Origin: a virus
Virus record (IMG/VR): IMGVR_UViG_3300045988_176499
Length of the DNA: 40,514 nt
Direction: 5' to 3' (one strand)
Shown: in pieces, positions 15,929-23,565 of the stretch
How the letters are laid out: each line of letters starts with the position of its first letter
Numbering within the stretch: position 1 is the first letter of the stretch
Translations under genes and position numbers: made by a program
The notes under the pieces: generated by a model
The model's database searches: none
The model's input: the letters and a program-made list of their open reading frames with translations, nothing else
What the model was told of the DNA's origin: nothing

Positions 15929-18019
15929 CTAAAATGGGAGTTCGTCTCCATTCTCGTCGTCGAAATCATCTTTGAATCTCACTTGAATGCACCGAATTTT
16001 TTTGCCGTTTACGCGGACGGATGCAGTTGAATAACGCCGTTCAGTGTCAGTGACCCATTGAGAAACGCCCATCCGGACAGCTTCTGCAAATACATCCTTT
16101 GGGGAATATCCGGCTTTTTTCAGAACCTCCTGCCATTTGCTTGCAATCAGCCAGCAGATGTTTCCATCCCAGCGGCCGAAGGTTTCTTTTGTCGGGCTTT
16201 CGGTCTGCGCGCCTTCAAAGCTCTTGGCGTTCTGGACAATCCATTCCTTGATGTACTCGACGCCCTTTTTGTCACGGTCGGCTTCTTCGCTGGTGGTCAG
16301 GAGCGGGAGGACATCCGCTTCGGTCAGGGCGGTCTCCGGATTGTCCGGAAAGAGGACTTGCTGCGCCGCTTCGCTTGTCGCCAGCAGGAGCGAGACGGAA
16401 AGGAGCTGCTTGTCGAGGTAACCGCCTGCGCGGAGCTGGGGCCGGACTTCTGCCGCACGCTGACGGATGGATTCGACGTTGGCGGGGGATTTCAGCCAGC
16501 TTGTCCAGCGGCGGCCGGCGTGACCGTAGTTTGCCGCGATGTCTTCGACAATTTTGGCGCCGTGTTCTGCGCCGTATGTTTCGCCGGTGGCGTCGACGGA
16601 GATGATGCGGTTTTCCGCGCCGGTGCAGACGTTGTCGTCGAGGATTGCCTGTTCGCCTGTCGTGATGGCGATGGAGAGCCAGCGGGATTCCGAGGCGATG
16701 CCGCCGTCCTTCGTGCCTCTGGTTTTGCTTTTGCCGTTGGACAGCATGTAAATCACGTTTTCAAGCACGTCTTTGTTCTGGACTTCCTGCAATTCGTCAA
16801 GCATGAGCGGAAGGTTGCAGAGGAACGCCGCCGTTTTTTCCATGCCGACGGCGGTTGACGCCATGGATTTTACAAGCTCCTGCGGGAGCCCCCAGACGGA
16901 CGCCGCCAGCATAAGAAATACGGTTTTGCCTGTGCCGGACTTGCCGAACAGGTGAACGCCGAAGCCGAGGTATTTCGCCTTTGCCAGCAGGGGCGACGCC
17001 AGCGACGCGGCTACCGCGAAACGCGCGGCTCTGGATGCCGCCATGGTCTGTGCGGCGACCGCCTGCCATTTGTCCGGATCGCCGTGCGGACGGCGGACGG
17101 CTTGCAGCATGGTGTTTGTCGTCGAACTGCGGGGCAGACAGACAATTGACGAGGAAAACGGGACGAACTCTGTCTCGAACCATCCGAGGCGCGAGGATGC
17201 CGGGGAGACCGGCTGATTGTGCAGCCTTAGAGCGAACGCAACCGCCATCTGCCGGTAATCCGTGATGGTAACGCCGTAGCCGCTGAGCGCCTTGACGAGC
17301 TGCGGGTCTGTCAGCGTCCGGCGGTCGAACGGCTCCTCGCGATGCTTCAATCCGTCGTGAAAACGGAGGACGACCGCGTGCAGCCCCGTGTCTTCATCGG
17401 CGTAGACGCCCTGAATCTGGATGCCGGTGTGACAAATGTATTGCATCTGCGGCTGACCTTTTGGCGGCGTGAAGATGAAATAGACGCCATTTTCCGCCCA
17501 GATGAAGCCCTCATCAATCTTGGAGTGTTCCGGGATATCGATTGCGGACGGCTCGAACGGCGCGGACAGCGCGGTGATTTCTTTGTCGAGCTGATCACGC
17601 TTTTCGCGGAGCTGCTGCGCCTTTTCCGTTTCGCCGGAGACCTCTGCGCGGAGGATATCCTCCGCCATGGCATCCCACGCCGCCTCCGCCGCCTTGAGCT
17701 TCGCGCGGTTCTGCCAGTAGTCCGTCTCTGCTTTCGTCGCCGGTTTGTCAAACTCGACACCCAGATGCAGCGCTTCGTTCAACTTTTTCGCCGCGTCATA
17801 AGGGGTGCTTCCGTCCATCTGGGCGGCGAGGGCGATGGTGTCGCCGTGCCACCCGCAGGCGAAACAGTAGAAGCCGTCTTTATAAATGCGCATGGACGGA
17901 TGCTCGTCTTTCCCGTGAAACGGGCAGCTGACCATATTCGCCTTGTTGGCGTGCAGCCCGTAGAGCGCGAGCACATCTGCGGGGTCGGCGCGGTCTTTGA
18001 CCGCCTCGAAAACCGTCAT
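15929..18019 (-). CDS. DNA primase/helicase (N-terminal CHC2 zinc finger, C-terminal P-loop NTPase), ending DDENGDELPF
   Basis: CPFHGKDEHPSMRI...FYCFACGWHGD is a DnaG-type CHC2 zinc-binding motif. Walker A is HLFGKSGTGKT. The iteron origin lies directly downstream, as in Sfi21-type replication modules. Confidence 0.8.
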   Translation of the reverse strand: MTVFEAVKDRADPADVLALYGLHANKANMVSCPFHGKDEHPSMRIYKDGFYCFACGWHGDTIALAAQMDGSTPYDAAKKLNEALHLGVEFDKPATKAETDYWQNRAKLKAAEAAWDAMAEDILRAEVSGETEKAQQLREKRDQLDKEITALSAPFEPSAIDIPEHSKIDEGFIWAENGVYFIFTPPKGQPQMQYICHTGIQIQGVYADEDTGLHAVVLRFHDGLKHREEPFDRRTLTDPQLVKALSGYGVTITDYRQMAVAFALRLHNQPVSPASSRLGWFETEFVPFSSSIVCLPRSSTTNTMLQAVRRPHGDPDKWQAVAAQTMAASRAARFAVAASLASPLLAKAKYLGFGVHLFGKSGTGKTVFLMLAASVWGLPQELVKSMASTAVGMEKTAAFLCNLPLMLDELQEVQNKDVLENVIYMLSNGKSKTRGTKDGGIASESRWLSIAITTGEQAILDDNVCTGAENRIISVDATGETYGAEHGAKIVEDIAANYGHAGRRWTSWLKSPANVESIRQRAAEVRPQLRAGGYLDKQLLSVSLLLATSEAAQQVLFPDNPETALTEADVLPLLTTSEEADRDKKGVEYIKEWIVQNAKSFEGAQTESPTKETFGRWDGNICWLIASKWQEVLKKAGYSPKDVFAEAVRMGVSQWVTDTERRYSTASVRVNGKKIRCIQVRFKDDFDDENGDELPF

Positions 18020-18543
18020 GCGTCCAGCTCCTTCCGGATTTCTGCCAACAAAAACTCATGGGCTTCGCGCTGTAAGATGTCGCGGATGAGCAGACCGCCC
18101 AGTTCGGCCTTGCAGAAGATCGGCACGCAGTTGTAGCGCGAGAGCCACGCGAGGACAGACGCCGTTAATGCTTTGGCATCCATGTGCGACCGGTATTTGC
18201 CGTTGTAGATGTGTTCCCACGTTGCGTTCTCGACGAGGAGGTAAATTTTCATGCCCTTGCCGCGTTCAAACTCACGCTCGAAACGGGCGCGGTCTTTCGT
18301 ATAACACATGCACAGCTCGTCCAGACTAAACTTGCGCTCGATGGCGACGCGGTCGGACAGGTCGGCACTTGACCCGTCCGGCATGGGGATTTTTACGCTG
18401 TAATCGCCGACATTTAAGGCGACGCGCTCAATCGGCCAGCCAACCTGTGTGATGCGTTCATGAAATTTTTTCGTATCCTGTTCTCTGGTATCGACCAGCA
18501 GCGTCAGGTTTTTTTCTGCCGCTGCCATTTCTGCCGGATGCAT
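18016..18543 (-). CDS. ERCC4-type (XPF/Mus81/Hef-like) nuclease, about 175 aa
   Basis: ORF 18016..18591 trimmed to ATG at 18543 with an AAGGAGG RBS. The motif LLVDTREQ...GDYSV...VAIERKFSLDEL matches the ERCC4 GD(Y/F)...ERK...D signature. Confidence 0.6.
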   Translation of the reverse strand: MHPAEMAAAEKNLTLLVDTREQDTKKFHERITQVGWPIERVALNVGDYSVKIPMPDGSSADLSDRVAIERKFSLDELCMCYTKDRARFEREFERGKGMKIYLLVENATWEHIYNGKYRSHMDAKALTASVLAWLSRYNCVPIFCKAELGGLLIRDILQREAHEFLLAEIRKELDA

Positions 18544-18594
18544 AGCCCAACCTCCTTTGGTTTTCTGTTTTCCCGCCAACCCGCCCTGCACGGC

Positions 18595-19173
18595 TTAGAA
18601 CGGGAGGTCGTCGTCTGTGTCGTCTGTTGGCTGGAAGCTGCCCGGCGCCGGAGCGGCAACCGGCTGATTTTTCAGCGGACGGCGTTCCGGCATCTTGAAT
18701 TTGCCGTTTCGGATATCGTCGACCGAGTGTGGGTTGACCAGCTCGATGAGCCACGAGGTTTTGCCGGTGTTTTTGTTCAGCCATTCAAACTCACGGGCGA
18801 GGATGCCGATCTTCTTTTCCTTGAGCGTGTTTTCGTCCCAGTTCCAGTGATAGCCGGGGTTCGATTCTTCGACGCACGCCATGAAGTTGTTAAACGCGCG
18901 TTTGGTATAATCGTCTTTTTCGGAACCGTCATCCTTCGGGAGCCAGAGTTTGACGTTGCCGCGCCATTTTTTGTTGTCGCTGCTCTGGGACTTATAGTCC
19001 TTCATGTAGAAATCCTTCTGGTCACCTTCGGCGATATCGACCATGACGTTCATGAGTTCGCTGCCGTTGTAGTTCTCGATGGCGACGCCTTTGATGACGG
19101 CGACGTAACCGCCGACCGGCAGCGGCTCAAACGCCTGAATGCGCTGGGGTGCATAGTTCTTAAACTGTCTCAT
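18595..19173 (-). CDS. DUF669-like phage protein with an SSB-like acidic C-terminal tip (TDDTDDDLPF)
   Basis: AGGAGGAA RBS. Its position next to the Sak4-like ATPase is typical for DUF669. The C-terminal DDDLPF mimics the bacterial SSB tip DDDIPF. Confidence 0.5.
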   Translation of the reverse strand: MRQFKNYAPQRIQAFEPLPVGGYVAVIKGVAIENYNGSELMNVMVDIAEGDQKDFYMKDYKSQSSDNKKWRGNVKLWLPKDDGSEKDDYTKRAFNNFMACVEESNPGYHWNWDENTLKEKKIGILAREFEWLNKNTGKTSWLIELVNPHSVDDIRNGKFKMPERRPLKNQPVAAPAPGSFQPTDDTDDDLPF

Positions 19174-19186
19174 TTTGTTCCTCCTG

Positions 19187-19810
19187 TTATTTTTGCGGGG
19201 CGGTCAAGCCCCAGTATTCACGGATTTTGGTATCGACCAGTTTCAGGTCGTTGTCGATTTGCGGCGTGTCAAACATGCCCATAGGGGACTTGACGCAGGT
19301 CATGCCGTCTGACTGGGTCTCAAACCAGTGCGATTGACCGTCCGTCTTGCAGAGCAAAACAACGGAAAACATCCCTTCAAAGCTGAGCTGGTTGTCCAGC
19401 ATTTTGCCGAGCGTTTTGGCGCGGGTCCTGCCGTCGTCCGTTTTGTCTGTGTGATGCAGAAAGTAGACAAGTATGTCCGGCGGTGTGCCGACTTGGATGG
19501 TGCGGAGCAGGGAATACATATTCTGCGCCATCGCGGTAAACTTTCCGTAACCGGTTTCCTGCGCTTTTTCGAAGCTGTCGAAAACCATGAGGTACTGGCT
19601 GTCGTCAATGACATAGGTTTTGAGCTTCGGTTTTTGCAGCCCGGCCAGAATTTTCTGGTAGCCTGGGTTATCGACGTGTGCGAGCTGCTTCCGAAATGGG
19701 AGCGGTTTTGAAGCGACGTTGAAAACGCCGACTTCGCCGGGGTCAAAGTTGCGCATGGAGGATGATTTTCCGCTGCCGGATTCGCCGAGGATTAAGACGG
19801 GGATGCCCAT
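19187..19810 (-). CDS. P-loop ATPase (AAA_24/Sak4-like recombination and replication ATPase)
   Basis: Walker A is ILGESGSGKSS and Walker B-like is KTYVIDD. Size is 207 aa, and it sits in a module with DUF669 and Gp157. Confidence 0.6.
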   Translation of the reverse strand: MGIPVLILGESGSGKSSSMRNFDPGEVGVFNVASKPLPFRKQLAHVDNPGYQKILAGLQKPKLKTYVIDDSQYLMVFDSFEKAQETGYGKFTAMAQNMYSLLRTIQVGTPPDILVYFLHHTDKTDDGRTRAKTLGKMLDNQLSFEGMFSVVLLCKTDGQSHWFETQSDGMTCVKSPMGMFDTPQIDNDLKLVDTKIREYWGLTAPQK

Positions 19811-20148
19811 TTTTCATCTGTCCTTTCTTCAAAGATTTTTTGATGTGCTTTTGCTGTCGTTTGGGATGCGTATTCGACCGGCATATGGAGCTTTTTTGCC
19901 AGCTCGACGTCTGCGATGGTTTCCTCGCACGGCATGGAGACCACCAGCACGCTGTCACAGACGGTCAGGAGATCATGCCGCAGGAGCGGGTAAAGGGAAC
20001 CGACGCGCTCGATCATCATGTCATACATGAGCGGAGGACAGACAAGGCAGTCATCCGGCCGGAGCTTCTGAAATGCCGCGACTTTTTTGGCGAGGTCAAA
20101 AATACGGCGCGATTGATTTTCATATCGTGCGGTGACGTAGACCATCAT
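19792..20148 (-). CDS. DUF4406-like protein (second paralog), 118 aa
   Basis: The pattern VYVTARYEN...CLVCPP...CDSVLVVSMPCEETIADVELAKKLHMPV parallels the pattern in the gene at 10068-10424. Confidence 0.35.
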   Translation of the reverse strand: MMVYVTARYENQSRRIFDLAKKVAAFQKLRPDDCLVCPPLMYDMMIERVGSLYPLLRHDLLTVCDSVLVVSMPCEETIADVELAKKLHMPVEYASQTTAKAHQKIFEERTDEKWASPS

Positions 20149-20426
20149 GATTTCAGCACCACCTGTCCTTTCAGGATTTTATCAACGCGGGCATCCAGCC
20201 GGGCGTCCGTCAGCTCTGTGTCTTCGAGGGACGATTCACCGTAGGCGTCGAAGTTTTCTTTCAGTTTGGTGAGAAACCGGTCTGCGCGCTTCTCTGCGAA
20301 GCCGAACTCGTCGTTGAGTGTGATGACGGCTATCTTGATCATGACCATAGCGGCTCTTTTGATGGCGCACGCATAGATTTTTTTGAAATTCTCCTGTCTT
20401 TTCGCCAAATATCCGTTTTTGCCCAT
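20145..20426 (-). CDS. Hypothetical protein, 93 aa
   Basis: ATG with an AAGGAGG RBS. Confidence 0.45.
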   Translation of the reverse strand: MGKNGYLAKRQENFKKIYACAIKRAAMVMIKIAVITLNDEFGFAEKRADRFLTKLKENFDAYGESSLEDTELTDARLDARVDKILKGQVVLKS

Positions 20427-20466
20427 TGACTTCTGCCTCCTTTTTGTCGTATAATATATTTGGCTT

Positions 20467-20655
20467 TTATCCTCTGCGCAGAACGGACGAGACGCCGCCG
20501 CAGATGCTTGCCCAGATCAGGGACGAGACGGCAAGGTACACGGCGTCACGCGCGGCTGATGCAGACGCCTGTGTGACGGTTCCGGCGAAGATGATGCAGA
20601 GCAGCAGTGCCACCAGCGCCGCAAACTCGAACAGAATCGAAGCTGCTTTTTTCAC
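20467..20655 (-). CDS. Small two-TM membrane protein, about 62 aa
   Basis: This is the C-terminal part of ORF 20467..20850. The GTG start at 20655 has a GAGGGA RBS. The sequence VKKAASILFEFAALVALLLCIIFAGTVTQASASAARDAVYLAVSSLIWASICGGVSSVL carries two hydrophobic helices. Confidence 0.4.
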   Translation of the reverse strand: MKKAASILFEFAALVALLLCIIFAGTVTQASASAARDAVYLAVSSLIWASICGGVSSVLRRG

Positions 20656-20665
20656 GGCTTGTCCC

Positions 20666-20953
20666 TCACTTTTCATCGGACAGGATTTTTTTGCAGAGCA
20701 GGACGTTGAGCGGAATGTCCGTAAACTCTGCGATTGCGAAGAGCTGCGAGAGCCGGAACTGTTCCGGGCGTTCCAGATAGCTCTGGAAGGTTTGATTGGA
20801 GATTTGGAGCAGGGCGCAGAATTCCTTGCGCTTGTAGCGGTAGACAGCAATCAGGGCAATCAGGTTTTCGCGAAGGATTTCCGGGTTGATGGTGCCGAGC
20901 GGCTGAATCTTGTTATTCCAAACTTGGCTCTGATTCCACGGACGATACGGCAT
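20666..20953 (-). CDS. HTH (XRE-like) DNA-binding protein, about 95 aa
   Basis: Trimmed to ATG at 20953 with a GGGAGGAAA RBS. The segment EFCALLQISNQTFQSYLERP is a helix-turn-helix. Confidence 0.55.
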   Translation of the reverse strand: MPYRPWNQSQVWNNKIQPLGTINPEILRENLIALIAVYRYKRKEFCALLQISNQTFQSYLERPEQFRLSQLFAIAEFTDIPLNVLLCKKILSDEK

Positions 20954-21182
20954 TTTTGTTTCCTCCCTTCTTTTTCGCGATGCGCTCCCATTCGGTGATG
21001 ATTTCATCGACGCCTTCTTTGATTCGGAGCATTTTCGGGTATGTCCGCTTTCCGGTCACGGCGTTGGAGATTTCCGCTGTGTCGGCGTGAATGCCATGGA
21101 CGTCCATGAGCGGGGCGACGAGGTCTTGATAGGTTTTGCCGAGATTCATCAGGCGGATGCGGTACGGGTTGATTGGCTGCAT
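20913..21182 (-). CDS. Putative small DNA-binding protein, 89 aa
   Basis: AAAGGAGAA RBS. The segment LGKTYQDLVAPLMDVHGIHADTAEISNAVTGKRTYP is HTH-like. Confidence 0.4.
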   Translation of the reverse strand: MQPINPYRIRLMNLGKTYQDLVAPLMDVHGIHADTAEISNAVTGKRTYPKMLRIKEGVDEIITEWERIAKKKGGNKNAVSSVESEPSLE

Positions 21183-21185
21183 GGG

Positions 21186-21389
21186 TTATTCTCCTTTCGG
21201 GTCTTGTGTGAATAATTCTCTGTGATTCATCTGGAACAGATCTTCCAGCTTCAGCAGGACGGCGTATGAAGGGCTTCGCTTTCCGGTTTCAATCAGCCGG
21301 ATGCCTTCTGCCGTCATGCCGGTCTGTGCTGCGACGTAGTCACGCGTCCAACCGCGTTTTTGTCGTTCGCTTCGCATGACACGAAACAT
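21186..21389 (-). CDS. Cro-like XRE-family repressor, first gene of the early lytic operon
   Basis: HTH segment WTRDYVAAQTGMTAEGIRLIETGKRSP. It is divergent from the plus-strand XRE genes. AAAGGAGAAA RBS. Confidence 0.7.
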   Translation of the reverse strand: MFRVMRSERQKRGWTRDYVAAQTGMTAEGIRLIETGKRSPSYAVLLKLEDLFQMNHRELFTQDPKGE

Positions 21390-21431
21390 TTTTTTCTCCT
21401 TTTACAGAACCAACTTTTAATTGGCAACTGT

Positions 21432-21460
21432 ATTATACCAACTGATTGTTAGTTTGTCAA
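21432..21460 (-). promoter_or_regulatory. Consensus sigma-70-type promoter for the early lytic operon: TTGACA, 17-nt spacer, TATAAT
   Basis: Minus strand reads cTTGACAaactaacaatcagttggTATAATacag. The -10 box is flanked by CAGTTG direct repeats, which are candidate operator half-sites. Confidence 0.6.
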
Positions 21461-21471
21461 GAGGGCGGACT

Positions 21472-21699
21472 ATGGATTATCGGGAAAAATTTTCGGGGCG
21501 TCTTTATGCGCTGCGGCAGGCGGAAGGGCTTTCGCTTGCTTCTTTGGGCGCGGCGCTTTCCGTGACCGATGAAGCGATTCGACTTCTTGAGAAGGGGAAA
21601 CGGACGCCGAGCTTTGAAATGCTGATTTCGATTGCTGTGTATTTCGGGGTGTCGATTGATTATCTCGTTGGGCTTTCCAACGATCCAACACGGGGATAG
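21472..21699 (+). CDS. XRE-family HTH regulator, about 75 aa
   Basis: ORF 21421..21699 trimmed to MDYREKF. HTH segment LSLASLGAALSVTDEAIRLLEKGKRTP. Confidence 0.6.
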   Translation: MDYREKFSGRLYALRQAEGLSLASLGAALSVTDEAIRLLEKGKRTPSFEMLISIAVYFGVSIDYLVGLSNDPTRG

Positions 21700-21726
21700 G
21701 TCAATCCGCTTATTTTGGTGATTGCT

Positions 21727-21942
21727 ATGAGCTTGTCCGAAGCGCTCAGACGATTCCGCAAGTCTGTGAAAATCACACAGAAACAAGCGGCTGAAGTTGC
21801 CGGAGTTGCTGAACGTGTGTATCAGTCTTATGAATACGGGAAAGTAATTCCGGCGGCGACGGTTTTGATTGCGATTGCCGACTACTTCGACGTCTCGCTC
21901 GATTATCTCTGCGGCCGGTCAGATGACCCTGCGCGTAGATGA
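21727..21942 (+). CDS. XRE-family HTH regulator, about 71 aa
   Basis: ORF 21715..21942 trimmed to MSLSEALRRF. HTH segment ITQKQAAEVAGVAERVYQSYEYGKVIP. Confidence 0.6.
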   Translation: MSLSEALRRFRKSVKITQKQAAEVAGVAERVYQSYEYGKVIPAATVLIAIADYFDVSLDYLCGRSDDPARR

Positions 21943-22410
21943 CGGACGCCGAAGCAAGCCGTGTTTGTTGCGGAGACCTCTTACTCGGTATATCCCGACG
22001 CCGAGCGCTTCGCCGATCTCTTTGTCGGACGCGCCGTTTTCAAAGAGGTCACGCAGCTGTTTTGCCTGTTTCGTGGCGTAGATGCTTGCCTGCGACGGAA
22101 GATTGCTTCGTATACGCCAGTTGGCGACGGTACCGGTTTGAAGCTGCATAGCCTCTGCGATTTCCCGGTCGTTTGCGCCGGATTTGTAGAGCCGGTACGC
22201 TTCTGCTTTGTCAAACGACTTTCTGTTGAGGTTTGCTGTAGACGGCGCTAACGAGAGTTGCTGACGCTCTCGCCGGTTTTCGATTTGCTCATAGACTGTG
22301 CAGCCGATTCCGGCAGGACAAGGACGCCTGTGCTGGGCGACGAGAATGTAGGTGCAGATGGCTTCTTTGCTGCCATATTTGCACGTTGTGCAGGGGATTT
22401 CATCTGGCAT
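21919..22410 (-). CDS. Hypothetical DNA-binding protein with an N-terminal Cys cluster and two HTH-like segments, 163 aa
   Basis: Cys cluster CTTCKYGSKEAICTY...CPAGIGC, and HTH-like segments REIAEAMQLQTGTVANWRIR and KEIGEALGVGIYRVRGLRN. Confidence 0.4.
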   Translation of the reverse strand: MPDEIPCTTCKYGSKEAICTYILVAQHRRPCPAGIGCTVYEQIENRRERQQLSLAPSTANLNRKSFDKAEAYRLYKSGANDREIAEAMQLQTGTVANWRIRSNLPSQASIYATKQAKQLRDLFENGASDKEIGEALGVGIYRVRGLRNKHGLLRRPSSTRRVI

Positions 22411-22834
22411 GGCGCTTCACCTTCGTCAGTTCGCACTCGACGTGTTCTTTCAAAAAGTCAGAGATGACGTCATTTTGCAGGCGCATCGTAAACGCGCCGC
22501 CGAGCTGCTTCGCAAGTTTGGGATTCAATCCGACGAGGTCTTCACCGCTTTGACACATGACCACGACGTCGCCGACGATCTGCTGAAAGCCATGGATGGC
22601 GCTTTGCCACGCCGTGGCGTTTTTGTTGAGCGGGAGGCCCAGCAGTTTGCCTTCTTCATTGACGATCATGACGAGCGGGGCGATTTTGCTGGCGCGGACG
22701 ACCTCAACATAGCCGCCGACGAGTTCTTGCAGCTTTTTCAGCGGCAAGGATTTGCTTGCATCGCAGGGGACGAGCTGCGCGGTTCCATCCGTCTTGATGA
22801 CGACCGCTTGCGGGACACTTGGAATTTTTTTCAC
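22400..22834 (-). CDS. DUF3846-domain protein, about 144 aa
   Basis: ORF 22400..23002 trimmed to GTG at 22834, 8 nt after an AAAGGAGAA RBS. The motifs LQELVGGYVEVV...IVNEEGKLLGLPLN...IVGDVVVM match the DUF3846 signature. Confidence 0.6.
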   Translation of the reverse strand: MKKIPSVPQAVVIKTDGTAQLVPCDASKSLPLKKLQELVGGYVEVVRASKIAPLVMIVNEEGKLLGLPLNKNATAWQSAIHGFQQIVGDVVVMCQSGEDLVGLNPKLAKQLGGAFTMRLQNDVISDFLKEHVECELTKVKRHAR

Positions 22835-22862
22835 TTTTGCGGTTCTCCTTTCATTTAAGCAC

Positions 22863-22891
22863 TTGACAACGGGGCTTTCTTGTGTTATGAT
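22863..22891 (+). promoter_or_regulatory. Strong sigma-70-type promoter: TTGACA, 17-nt spacer, TATGAT
   Basis: Read directly: cacTTGACAacggggctttcttgtgtTATGATtg. It lies about 240 nt upstream of the XRE gene at 23133-23513. Confidence 0.55.
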
Positions 22892-23132
22892 TGTCTCGGA
22901 ATGCTTTTTCCGAATCCGCCGTGCTTCTATGGGAACGACTTTTGCGGGGAGAAAAACGGCCACAGTCGAAGTGACCAAAACTGTGACCATCTTTCCCCAC
23001 AAGAAAGGAGATGCATATGAAGCAAACGGAAGTCGGTAGACGTTATCGAGTACATGTATATTATAACAGACTTTAGTATGTATGCAAGTACGAACTCATA
23101 CTTTTGTCTGTTTCTCTGTTATACACAAAGGA

Positions 23133-23513
23133 ATGAAAGAACAGATGGCGCAAAATGTGAAAGATGTACAAATAGACCGGCTGAAAGCGCTGGCGAAGAA
23201 ACGAGGAATCACACAAAAGTACTTGTGTGACTTGATTGGAAAGTCTAAATGCTTCATTGGAGACGTTCAGCGCGGCATGAATCACTTTGACGAAAACGAA
23301 CTGACGATCATCGCGGCGCGGCTTGAAACAACCGTAGACTATCTGACAGGGAAGACCGATGAGCCGGGGGTTTCTATCCAGCAGCGGATTGACGCGGCGA
23401 TCACGGCGAAGGAAGCTGACGAGCTGACCGCGCTTTTTGAGAGGCTTTCGGAAGAAGACCGGCAGAAGGCTTTGACGATCCTCCGCGCTTTGGCTGAGGC
23501 GAAGCGGGATTGA
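23133..23513 (+). CDS. XRE-family HTH repressor-like protein (CI-like, 127 aa) adjacent to the integrase
   Basis: ORF 23082..23513 trimmed to MKEQMAQ. HTH segment ITQKYLCDLIGKSKCFIGDVQRG. Confidence 0.65.
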   Translation: MKEQMAQNVKDVQIDRLKALAKKRGITQKYLCDLIGKSKCFIGDVQRGMNHFDENELTIIAARLETTVDYLTGKTDEPGVSIQQRIDAAITAKEADELTALFERLSEEDRQKALTILRALAEAKRD

Positions 23514-23537
23514 GTTTCAAACCGTAGTTATTCACGG

Positions 23538-23565
23538 CGAAACCGCGAATGGCTGCGGTTTTTCT
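23538..23565 (+). terminator. Rho-independent terminator (AAACCGC-gaatggct-GCGGTTTTTCT)
   Basis: A GC stem followed by a T-run, 25 nt after the repressor stop. A second, oppositely oriented hairpin lies at 23571-23607. Confidence 0.6.

Noticed and set aside
20467-20850. 127-aa ORF and plus-strand 190-aa ORF at 20426-20998
   Set aside because: The N-terminal two-thirds of the 127-aa ORF overlaps the HTH gene in another frame and is low-complexity, so only the C-terminal 62-aa membrane segment with its own RBS is kept. The plus-strand ORF is antisense.
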